Shown piece by piece: positions 1 to 9,158 of a stretch of 64,000 bases of DNA (position 1 is the first letter of the stretch; each line of letters starts with the position of its first letter). This stretch comes from an uncultured Gemmatimonadales bacterium (GTDB lineage: Bacteria; Gemmatimonadota; Gemmatimonadetes; Gemmatimonadales; GWC2-71-9): assembly GCA_963798915.1 (NCBI GenBank), contig CAWCVB010000010.1, positions 1 through 64,000 of the forward strand, given 5' to 3'. The notes below the pieces were generated by a model, which saw nothing but the letters and a program-made list of their open reading frames with translations, made no database searches and was not told the origin of the DNA. Position numbers and translations under genes: made by a program.

Positions 1-155
1 ACGCGCTCCAGGAGAGCGACAGCCGAGCTGCGTGCACCCCGGGCATCGGCGGCGATGGACCAATCGTGCAACTTGGGCATCGCCATCATCAACATCAGAC
101 CCATGACCACGATGACGACCATCATTTCGATGAGTGTGAAACCATTTCGACGCAT
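1..155 (-). CDS. Pilin/pseudopilin-like protein (FimT/GspH-like), 5' part; runs off the window
   Basis: Manual translation from ATG 155: MRRNG|FTLIEMMVVIVVMGLMLMMAMPKL, a class III signal peptide (G|F, E5). Not in the ORF track. Confidence 0.85.
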   Translation of the reverse strand, partial: MRRNGFTLIEMMVVIVVMGLMLMMAMPKLHDWSIAADARGARSSAVALLER

Positions 156-207
156 GCGGGTGCCTGCCGGATCAAGAGGGACGTGACCGGGTATCGACCT
201 GGGCAGG

Positions 208-223
208 TGCACGCGTCATACCA
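208..223 (-). promoter_or_regulatory. sigma54 -24/-12 promoter of the pilin-like gene
   Basis: Minus strand TGGTATGACGCGTGCA = GG-N10-GC. Confidence 0.7.
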
Positions 224-277
224 GACAGTGATCTGTTGCCGAATAACGACTTACGTCACCTGATGCAGGAACTGGAA

Positions 278-293
278 GTGCAGAAAACGGCAC
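278..293. promoter_or_regulatory. Putative enhancer (bEBP/PilR-type binding site)
   Basis: GTGCAGAAAACGGCAC (GTGC-N8-GCAC). Near-identical site at 4192-4207 at similar spacing from the other sigma54 promoter. Confidence 0.55.
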
Positions 294-308
294 GGAGTGC
301 AAGAAAAG

Positions 309-548
309 AGGATGGGCAGGATGGGCAGGATGGCAGGACGGGCAGGATGGGCAGGATGGGCAGGATGGGCAGGATGGGCAGGATGGGCAGGCCGAAGCTC
401 GCCCGTGCGTCACCACGGTGCAAACCGGGGTCCATGAGGGACCCGAACATGGCGACTCGCTGGGTGAGCCCTCAGGGATTCCCGCGTGCGCGGGAATGAC
501 CTCCGGCCAGGACCCGCCCATCTCGTCCATCCTGCCCATCGTGCCCAT

Positions 549-550
<2 letters not shown>
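309..550. repeat. 9-mer tandem array with an inverted arm, enclosing a GTCA-type REP-like doublet
   Basis: (AGGATGGGC)x~9 at 309-391; inverted degenerate copies at 516-550; hairpin doublet at 409-434 and 476-500. Confidence 0.9.
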
Positions 551-1930
<1,380 letters not shown>

Positions 1931-1943
<13 letters not shown>

Positions 1944-3109
1944 CGGGTCCATTCCATTGCTTGACTGGGAAGAAACACCTTGAACGCCGCACCGCCTTCT
2001 CTGGCACGGTCCACCCACACCATCCCGCCGGCGTCGTCCACAGTCCGGGCGACGATCGCCAGCCCGAGACCGGTCCCCTTGCCGGGGTCGCGCGTGGTGA
2101 AGAACGGGTCGAAGACCCGCTCGCGATCTGTCTCCGGGATGCCGGGACCATCGTCGGCCACGACCAGGAGCACCCCACTGGTGCCGGCGACGAAGTCGGC
2201 TAGCGCCGGCCGAGCCTCGAGACGCCGGAGCCGCCGCACTCCACCTGAATCGCTGTCGCGAACGGCAGCGACCCGTCCTCGCCGCAGCGTGTGCGGCGCT
2301 ACACGAACCACGATGTGCCGTGCGCCGGAATCACGCGCATTGAGCATCAGGTTGATTACCACTTGCTCGAGTGCATGGGCATCCCCGACAACTTCAGGGA
2401 CGGCGTCCGCCAGGCACAGTTCGATGGCGGCCTCCCGTAACGCGCCCTGCTCCTCCAGAAAGCTCGACGCCCGCCGCACGACATTCGCCAGCTCCGTCCG
2501 ATCCGTCGACGGCAACGGCTTGGAATACTCCAGCAGTGACGCCACGATCCGGTCGATCCGCGCCACGGCCGAGCGCATCTGTTCGAGCACGGCCGGATCC
2601 ACGCCCCGCTGCCGCAGCACCTCGACCCAGTTGGCAATCGCGCCGAGGGGGTTGCGCACCTCGTGGGCGACGCCTGCCGCCAGCCGACCGATGCCCGCGA
2701 GCTTCTCGCTCCGGACCACGTGTCCCTGGGCATCCAGCAGCCCCTCGGCCATCGAGCGGAAGCGCTCGGCGAGGGCGGCGAATTCCCGGGTTTCGTACTC
2801 GGCGGCTCGGCGGCTCGGCGGCTCGGCGGCCTCGACCCTCGACCCCCGACCCTCGACCGCCAGCGCATCCGCTTCCGCCGCAAGCTGATCCAGTGGTCGC
2901 AGCACCTGGCGCCGCAGCAGGTGCAGGCCGAACAGCAGCAGCACCAGCGTGCTTCCCGCCCAGAACGTGGCGAGCGGCAATGCCAAGGCGGTCACATCGG
3001 CCCCGGCGACCAGCGCGGTAATGATGCCTACCAGCACAACAGCCGCGCTCGCCACAAGGACGAGCTCGGCCACGAGTTGCGAGCGAAGCGAGCGGCGCGC
3101 GGTGGTCAC
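1931..3109 (-). CDS. Membrane sensor histidine kinase (2 TM, HAMP, HisKA, HATPase)
   Basis: AHEVRNPL H-box, NLMLNA, DDGPG, GTGLGL. Start placed at GTG 3109 because the upstream part of the ORF belongs to the pilin. Confidence 0.9.
2798..2858. repeat. Intragenic (CTCGGCGG)4 + (CTCGACC)4 arrays
   Basis: Directly visible; in frame within the HAMP region. Confidence 0.85.
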
Positions 3110-3125
3110 GGTCGACCGGCATAGC

Positions 3126-3575
3126 CTACGGCGAACAAGCGATCTGCCCCTCGAGTCGGTTGCAGGTGCGGGCGGCGTGCACGCCTCCGAGAACAGCGCG
3201 CACGTGCGACTGAGCCGATCGGGGAGGAAGCGACGGCAGCCCAACCGACTGATGAAGCCACCGTAATCGTGATCGTTACACCGCTAGACGGGTTATAGAT
3301 CAAGGTTGCGTTCGGCACCGCCCCGCGTAGTAGGTGGAGTTGTCCGCCGAGAAGATTTCTTGAGCCGTCGCCAGGTTGCGCAAATCAGCTTTCATGGACG
3401 CAACCCGAGCCTGATCCTTGGTAGCCGCAAACTTCGGAATTGCGATGGCGGCCAGAATGCCGATGATGACCACTACGATCAGCAATTCGATCAGGGTGAA
3501 GCCGCCCCGGGGCGCGCGATGTGAAACGCTGGCAGCCATCCGGACCTTCTCGCTGTCAGTTGTGAACGCGCGCAT
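3126..3575 (-). pseudogene. Second type IV pilin, frameshifted (probably sequencing indels)
   Basis: GGAGG RBS; G|FTLIELLIVVVIIGILAAIAIPKF. Pilin-like sequence continues across frames (VPNATLIYNPSSGVTITI; TCALFS; LEGQIACSP-stop). Confidence 0.8.
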
Positions 3576-3605
3576 CGAGCAGTCCTCCCGATAGTGATGT
3601 GACGA

Positions 3606-3631
3606 GGGCGGCGACCCGAAGACCGCCGCCC
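3606..3631 (-). terminator. GC hairpin with cUUCGg loop downstream of the major pilin (no U-tract)
   Basis: GGGCGGCGGTCTTCGGGTCGCCGCCC on the minus strand. Confidence 0.5.
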
Positions 3632-3657
3632 CGCACAGGGTTTGGATCACGCGTGCG

Positions 3658-4044
3658 TTACGGGCAGATGATGACGCCATCCACGCCGACACCGCCGCTG
3701 CCAACCTGAACATGGCAGGCGTTGATGCTGCCGGTCGAGATCGACGCGTTGGTGATCGTCATCGAATAGTCTGCCGCAGTCGCGGCCTCAGCCGTCACCG
3801 CGTTGCCAGCCGACAGCGTAAAGTTCGACGCGGTCTGGAGCTGGGCGAAGGTGCCGTAGGTGTTGAAATCCGAGAAGTACGCTTCCTGCGCGGTCTCGAG
3901 GTTACGCAGGTCGGTCTTGACAGAGGCCAGCTTGGCCTTGTCCTTGGTCGCGGCGAACTTCGGAATCGCGATCGCGGCCAGGATGCCGATGATCACGACC
4001 ACGATCAGCAGCTCGATGAGCGTAAAGCCCTTGCGGTTCGACAT
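3658..4044 (-). CDS. pilA: Type IV major pilin
   Basis: MSNRKG|FTLIELLIVVVIIGILAAIAIPKF; C-terminal Cys pair; sigma54 promoter upstream. Confidence 0.9.
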   Translation of the reverse strand: MSNRKGFTLIELLIVVVIIGILAAIAIPKFAATKDKAKLASVKTDLRNLETAQEAYFSDFNTYGTFAQLQTASNFTLSAGNAVTAEAATAADYSMTITNASISTGSINACHVQVGSGGVGVDGVIICP

Positions 4045-4124
4045 GGTGCCCTTCCTCCGAGAGTGAGATGCCTGCCGTGAACAACGAACCAGAGAGAGTC
4101 GAGTCCGTCCGGCGGCAAGGGAGG

Positions 4125-4139
4125 GCAACCGCTATGCCA
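4125..4139 (-). promoter_or_regulatory. sigma54 promoter of pilA
   Basis: TGGCATAGCGGTTGC, close to the consensus TGGCACNNNNNTTGC. Confidence 0.85.
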
Positions 4140-4191
4140 AGCCCCGGTGATACTGGGTAACGCGTTGATCTACCGAGGGTTGGGATGCTGG

Positions 4192-4207
4192 GTGCAGAGT
4201 TCGGCAC
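4192..4207. promoter_or_regulatory. Putative PilR-type enhancer; IHF-like site at 4158-4170
   Basis: GTGCAGAGTTCGGCAC; minus-strand GATCAACGCGTTA resembles WATCAANNNNTTR. Confidence 0.55.
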
Positions 4208-4338
4208 CCGGCCCTGACCGGGGTATGCAGGGGATTTTGCAAGAGGCCGGCGGCGTGGCTGCCCGGAAACGATGTAAGGGCGGGGTGCCGGACGGGTGGC
4301 ATCGCCGGGATGCGGGATGGTGCGTTAACGCCCGGGAC

Positions 4339-4960
4339 AATCCGCGGGTGGGGTCGGGTAGGCACCGGCGCGCGGGCCGGGTATCGCGTGGCCATCCGCG
4401 GGCGGGGTCGGGTACGTACCGGCGCGCGGCCGGGTATCGCGTGGCCATCCGCGGGCGGGGTCGGGTACGCTACCGGGCGCGCCGGGCCGGGTATCGCGTG
4501 GCCATCCGCGGGCGGGGTCGGGTACGTACCGGCGCGCGGGCCGGGTATCGCGTGGCCATCCGCGGGCGGGGTCGGGTACGTACCGGCGCGCGGGCCGGGT
4601 ATCGCGTGGCCATCCGCGGGTGGGGTCGGGTACGTACCGGCGCGCGGGCCGGGTATCGCGTGGCCATCCGCGGGTGGGGTCGGGTACGTACCGGCGCGCG
4701 GGCCGGGTATCGCGTGGCCATCCGCGGGTGGGGTCGGGTACGTACCGGCGCGCGGGCCGGGTATCGCGTGGCCATCCGCGGGTGGGGTCGGGTACGTACC
4801 GGCGCGCGGGCCGGGTATCGCGTGGCCATCCGCGGGTGGGGTCGGGTACGTACCGGCGCGCGGGCCGGGTATCGCGTGGCCATCCGCGGGTGGGGTCGGG
4901 TACGTACCGGCGCGCGGGCCGGGTATCGCGTGGCCATCCGCGGGTGGGGTCGGGTACGTA
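4339..4960. repeat. 54-bp tandem array, about 11.5 units, next to the RAYT
   Basis: Unit CCGGGTATCGCGTGGCCATCCGCGGG(C/T)GGGGTCGGGTACGTACCGGCGCGCGGG; no variable spacers. Confidence 0.95.
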
Positions 4961-4987
4961 GGGGCAAAGCCATGGCTTTGCCCCTAC
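4958..4987. repeat. GTAG-family REP, perfect 30-bp palindrome
   Basis: GTAGGGGCAAAGCCATGGCTTTGCCCCTAC. Confidence 0.9.
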
Positions 4988-5007
4988 CACACCACCATCC
5001 CGCCCGT

Positions 5008-5604
5008 TCACCGGACGGTACCCGACCCCACCCGCGGATTACCCATCCCAACCCGCCCGGCCAACCGCGCCGGATTGTTCGCGATGTATTTCCGCACGGC
5101 GGTCAAGTGCCGCCCATCCCGAATAATGGATTCGTAATAATTCCGTTGCCACAGTCTCGCGCCACGAGGGATCGGCGGGTCGGTCAACAATTCCCGTTTC
5201 GCGCGCCAGGTCGTGGTGGATTTCAATGCCTGCACCACATGCGGCAGGGACCCGGGAGTCACGCCAGCCGCATTGGAAGAACAGGTATCCAGGTTGACTC
5301 CCTCATTCAGGTACACCAGGCCGTGGAGATGATCGGGCATCACTACCGAGTCGCCCGATTCCACCCAGGGAAATCGCTGGCCCAGTCGATCCCATTCCTC
5401 CGCGATCATCATTCCCAACGCTGACAGGGTGCAGGAGTTCCTGCGGACGATCCCGAACAGCCCAGTAGCTTGACGGCGTCGGAGACCGGCGCCCAGGGCG
5501 AGGCGATCATCACAGCAGATGGTGAGAAAATACCAGCCGGGGCGGGCATAGTTTCGGTCCGGACGCCGGATCGAGTGACGACGCAACAGCCGAATACGAC
5601 CCAT
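5008..5604 (-). mobile_element. REP-associated tyrosine transposase (RAYT/TnpA-REP, HUH Y1 family)
   Basis: RHSIR..NY..PGWYFLTIC, VVMPDHLHG (HUH), LWQRNYYESIIR, YIANNP; flanking GTAG REP. Confidence 0.9.
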
Positions 5605-5680
5605 GGCCCAGTATCAGGCCACGGAGCGCGAAGGGCGCTATCGCTTTACCGCGAGGCTAATCAAGGGAATGCGGGACATA

Positions 5681-7075
5681 TCACACCGTCGGCACCACTT
5701 TCGCCTCGGGCTGCTCCTCATACCGGCTGAGCTTCCGGTACAGGGTCGACGGATCAATCCCCAGGACTTCGGCCGCGCGAGTCTTGTTGCCTCCCTCGGC
5801 CTGGAGCACCCACATGATGTAGGCACGCTCGATGACGTCCAGCGCCGGATTCTGGAAGGAGCGTTCCGCCACCAGCGGCTCCTTCCGGCGCGTCGTGATC
5901 CGTTCAGGCAAGGACGAACCTTCGATGACAGTCCCCCGACTCAACACGACTGCGTGCTCCAGCGCGTTCTCGAGCTCGCGCACGTTGCCGGGCCAGTCAT
6001 AGACCACCACGGCGTCCAGCGCTTCCGAACTCAGCGCCCGGATCTCCGATTGATGCTCCGCTGCCAGCCGGGTCAGGATCGCCTCGATAAGCAGTAACAG
6101 GTCGTCGCGACGTTCACGCAGGGGCGGCAGGTCCAGCGCGATCACATTGAGGCGGTAAAAAAGGTCGGAGCGAAAGTTGCCGCGCCGGATTTCCTCTTCC
6201 AGGTTCCGGTTGGTTGCCGCGATGATGCGCACGTCCACCGGAATGGACTCGGTCGCGCCGACCGGGATCACCTCGCGCTCCTGGAGCACTCGCAGCAGCT
6301 TGACCTGGAGCGACGGCGGCATCTCACCGACTTCGTCAAGGAAGAAGGTGCCGCCGCGTGCCGCGGCAAAGAGGCCCTGCTTGTCCCGGATGGCCCCGGT
6401 GAAGCTGCCCTTCACGTGCCCGAACAGTTCGCTCTCCAGCAGGTTTTCCGGGAGCGCGCCACAGTTGATGGACATGAAGGGACCTTCGGAACGGGTCGAG
6501 AGGTTGTGGACGTAGCGTGCGACCACCTCCTTGCCCGTGCCACTCTCGCCGGCGATGAGCACGGTGGAGTCGGTCGGCGCGACATGCTCCGCGAGCTTGA
6601 GCAGCTCGACAAACCGCCGGGACTTGCCGATCGGGCGCTCCACTGTCACGCCGCGGTCGCGCCGACGGATTTCCTGGCGCAGCTGCTTGTTCTCCACCCG
6701 CACCGCGCGATACTCGCTGGCCCGCCGCATGATGGCGACCAGGTCATCGTTGTTGAACGGCTTCTGGATGTAGTAGTAGGCCCCGGTATTCAGGGCGTCG
6801 ATGGCGCTGCGGAGATCCGCCTGCGCTGTCATCAGGATGACCGGCGTCATCACGTCCTGCTCCTTGGCAGCCGCGAGGATGTCGAGACCGCTCACCCCTG
6901 GCATCCGGACATCCGTCAGAATGATCTCGTGGTGACCGGTGCGGATCTGCTCCAGCCCGGCCTTGCCACCCTGGGCCGTGGTCACGTCGAAGCCCTCGTT
7001 CCGCAACAGGATGCGCAACGTGTCGAGGATGCCCGATTCGTCGTCCACGATCAGGACGCTCGGCTTCTGGCTCAT
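5681..7075 (-). CDS. pilR: sigma54-dependent response regulator, PilR-like
   Basis: REC domain, GESGTGKE, GSFTGA, HTH; upstream of the sigma54 pilA promoter; downstream of a PilS-like kinase. Confidence 0.8.
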   Translation of the reverse strand: MSQKPSVLIVDDESGILDTLRILLRNEGFDVTTAQGGKAGLEQIRTGHHEIILTDVRMPGVSGLDILAAAKEQDVMTPVILMTAQADLRSAIDALNTGAYYYIQKPFNNDDLVAIMRRASEYRAVRVENKQLRQEIRRRDRGVTVERPIGKSRRFVELLKLAEHVAPTDSTVLIAGESGTGKEVVARYVHNLSTRSEGPFMSINCGALPENLLESELFGHVKGSFTGAIRDKQGLFAAARGGTFFLDEVGEMPPSLQVKLLRVLQEREVIPVGATESIPVDVRIIAATNRNLEEEIRRGNFRSDLFYRLNVIALDLPPLRERRDDLLLLIEAILTRLAAEHQSEIRALSSEALDAVVVYDWPGNVRELENALEHAVVLSRGTVIEGSSLPERITTRRKEPLVAERSFQNPALDVIERAYIMWVLQAEGGNKTRAAEVLGIDPSTLYRKLSRYEEQPEAKVVPTV

Positions 7076-8730
7076 GCGGATCCCTCCCCTGCATCTCGTG
7101 CCGGCAAGTAAATAGTAAAGGTAGTGCCGGCACCCGGTGCCGACTCCACGAGGATAGCTCCACGATGCGCCTCGACCGCCCGCTGGACTATGGCGAGGCC
7201 GAGTCCGCTTCCGCCGCTGCGGCGGCTGACGAACGGCTCGAAAAGTCTGCCCCGGATGTCCTCGGGAATTCCCGGTCCCGTGTCACGAACCTGCACCCGC
7301 ACACCAGCCGAGGCCGGTCGCATGCTGGCCGGAAGCGCCGCTCCGGCCACGGTGTCGAGCGTGACGACGACCTCCACCGGCACCTTCCCTGCCACCTGCA
7401 CCGCGTTCAATACCAGGTTGGCGAGGGTCCGATGCAGGAGGTCCTCGTCGCCAGTGACGACGGTGGTGCCGCCCTGCACCCGGAGGGTGGCCGTCGGCGC
7501 GCGATCGGGATGGGCCTCGACCAGCCGCACCACGGCCTTGGCCACCTCCAGCAACTCGACCGGCGCCATGCGCGCGGCCCGCACCCTCGAAAAGTCGAGA
7601 AACTCGGTCAGCAGGCGACTGAGCCGGTCGCTTTCGCGGACAATGAGTTCTGCCAGTGTCTGCTCGTCCTCGGTGGCGTACTTGCTGCGCGCGAGCTGCT
7701 GCACCGAGCTGCGGATCGAGGCCAGCGGATTCTTGATTTCGTGCGCCAGCGACGCACTCAGCGCAGTCACGGCTTCGAGCCGCTCCGCCCGGAGCTGCAG
7801 TTCCGCCACGCGCTTCGAGTCCGAAATGTCGGTGAACACGGCCGTCACCGACGGGCCACTTTGTCCCGGTTGCTGAAAGGTGGTGGTGCTGAGGCCAATG
7901 AAGAACTCGTTCCCGTTGGCTTCCACAAGGGCTTCGCCGCGCTGGATGCGGCGGCCCTGCTCCAGACCTTCCACCAGCGCTGTCCAGAGCGCCGGCGCTC
8001 GCTCACGCACCACGCTCATCACCGGCGCCCCGACGGCGGGGCCCCGCTCGAGCCCAAGCAGCCGCTGGGCGGTCGGATTGGCGTATTCCAGAAGTCCGTC
8101 CGTCCCGACCGTCAGCACGCCTGAATGGATGTTCCGGAGGATGACGTCGGCCTCGAGCCGCACCCGCTGCAGTTCGTATTCAAGCGTCTCCTGCTCAGCA
8201 CTCGCCTCGCGCAGACGCTGGCCCAGCACGGCCACGACCGAAAACACGAGCACAAAAACCACCACTTGAAGCGCGAGTGCCGCAACGACGTTAGCATGGC
8301 GGAGCGAGTCCACCAGGTAGATGCCCGAGATGAGTCCGAGGGCCGCAAGGCCGTAGCGAAACGGCAGCAGCACCGAGTACGCGGCGATCAGCAGGACGAA
8401 GAGCGCCGGACCCGTGCCACCGCCCGGCCCGAGAAAATGCACCAGCGCCAGCACCAGCCCGAGATCGGCGAGCAGCTGGAAGCTCAGGAACACCGGGCCT
8501 GGGCTGGCCGACGGCGCGCGCACCACCCAGACGCCGTACGCCGTGACCACCAGTGCCAGAATGATCCCGACGCTGGCGAGAAATGAAACCTGCGGGACCT
8601 CGGTCCAGACCAGCCCCGCCGCGATGAGGACGGCGACGGCCAGAACCAGTCGCCCGGCGAAGAGCCACAGCAGCAGCAGCCGTCGGTCCGGAAGCCGGGA
8701 TCGAGTTGTCAGCCGCAGGCTTTCACTCAC
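7072..8730 (-). CDS. pilS: PilS-like sensor kinase (multi-TM, PAS, HisKA, HATPase)
   Basis: About 6 TM N-terminus, PAS, AHEIKNPL, GSGLGL; ATGA overlap with the regulator. Confidence 0.8.
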   Translation of the reverse strand: MSESLRLTTRSRLPDRRLLLLWLFAGRLVLAVAVLIAAGLVWTEVPQVSFLASVGIILALVVTAYGVWVVRAPSASPGPVFLSFQLLADLGLVLALVHFLGPGGGTGPALFVLLIAAYSVLLPFRYGLAALGLISGIYLVDSLRHANVVAALALQVVVFVLVFSVVAVLGQRLREASAEQETLEYELQRVRLEADVILRNIHSGVLTVGTDGLLEYANPTAQRLLGLERGPAVGAPVMSVVRERAPALWTALVEGLEQGRRIQRGEALVEANGNEFFIGLSTTTFQQPGQSGPSVTAVFTDISDSKRVAELQLRAERLEAVTALSASLAHEIKNPLASIRSSVQQLARSKYATEDEQTLAELIVRESDRLSRLLTEFLDFSRVRAARMAPVELLEVAKAVVRLVEAHPDRAPTATLRVQGGTTVVTGDEDLLHRTLANLVLNAVQVAGKVPVEVVVTLDTVAGAALPASMRPASAGVRVQVRDTGPGIPEDIRGRLFEPFVSRRSGGSGLGLAIVQRAVEAHRGAILVESAPGAGTTFTIYLPARDAGEGSA

Positions 8731-9002
8731 ACGCCGTCGCGGTGTGCCGTCGAATCCCTGAATCCCGCGGGAGCGCCCGGCCCGTCAGGCGGGCGGCCGG
8801 CGTTTCCATCGGCGTTGGGATGCTGGATGTTCGGCTCATCCGGGGCCTTCACCCGCCCCGAGATTGCCGTCGGATCGGCGCCGCCGGTGACCTCGTCCAC
8901 CGGCTCGGCGCTGGCAGGCTCGGTTCCCGCCCGGCGGTATTCGGGCTCGCAGGCGGCGAGCAGCAGCAACGTCGCACCGACAACAAACATCCGTGCTTGC
9001 AT
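8727..9002 (-). CDS. Small lipoprotein
   Basis: MQARMFVVGATLLLLAAC lipobox; purine-rich RBS; GTGA overlap with the kinase. Confidence 0.65.
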   Translation of the reverse strand: MQARMFVVGATLLLLAACEPEYRRAGTEPASAEPVDEVTGGADPTAISGRVKAPDEPNIQHPNADGNAGRPPDGPGAPAGFRDSTAHRDGV

Positions 9003-9040
9003 TCCCTCTCTCCTCTGGTCAGCGACTGATGCCAAACATA

Positions 9041-9158
9041 GACGGGAAGACGGGAAGACGGGAAGACGGGACGTAAGGCAGGAGGGCGGGAAGACGGGAA
9101 GACGGGAAGATCTGGCGGAGTCACGCTTCCCGCCTTCCCGGCTTCCCGTCTTCGCGTC
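9041..9158. repeat. 8-mer array (GACGGGAA)n with an inverted arm
   Basis: 9041-9110 direct; 9126-9158 (CTTCCCGN)x4 inverted, encoding the hybrid kinase C-terminus. Confidence 0.9.

Noticed and set aside
216..548. Cys-Pro-Ser or GRM repeat peptides
   Set aside because: Translations of the 9-mer array, with no independent coding evidence.
3110..3244. N-terminal extension of the histidine kinase in the ORF track
   Set aside because: This segment encodes the frameshifted C-terminus of the second pilin.
4339..4960. CRISPR array
   Set aside because: Units are head-to-tail near-identical with no unique spacers, and there are no cas genes in the window.
4147..5424. Long repetitive ORFs across the 54-bp array
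   Set aside because: Open frames result from a stop-free GC-rich 54-bp unit; they are open on both strands and overlap the RAYT.
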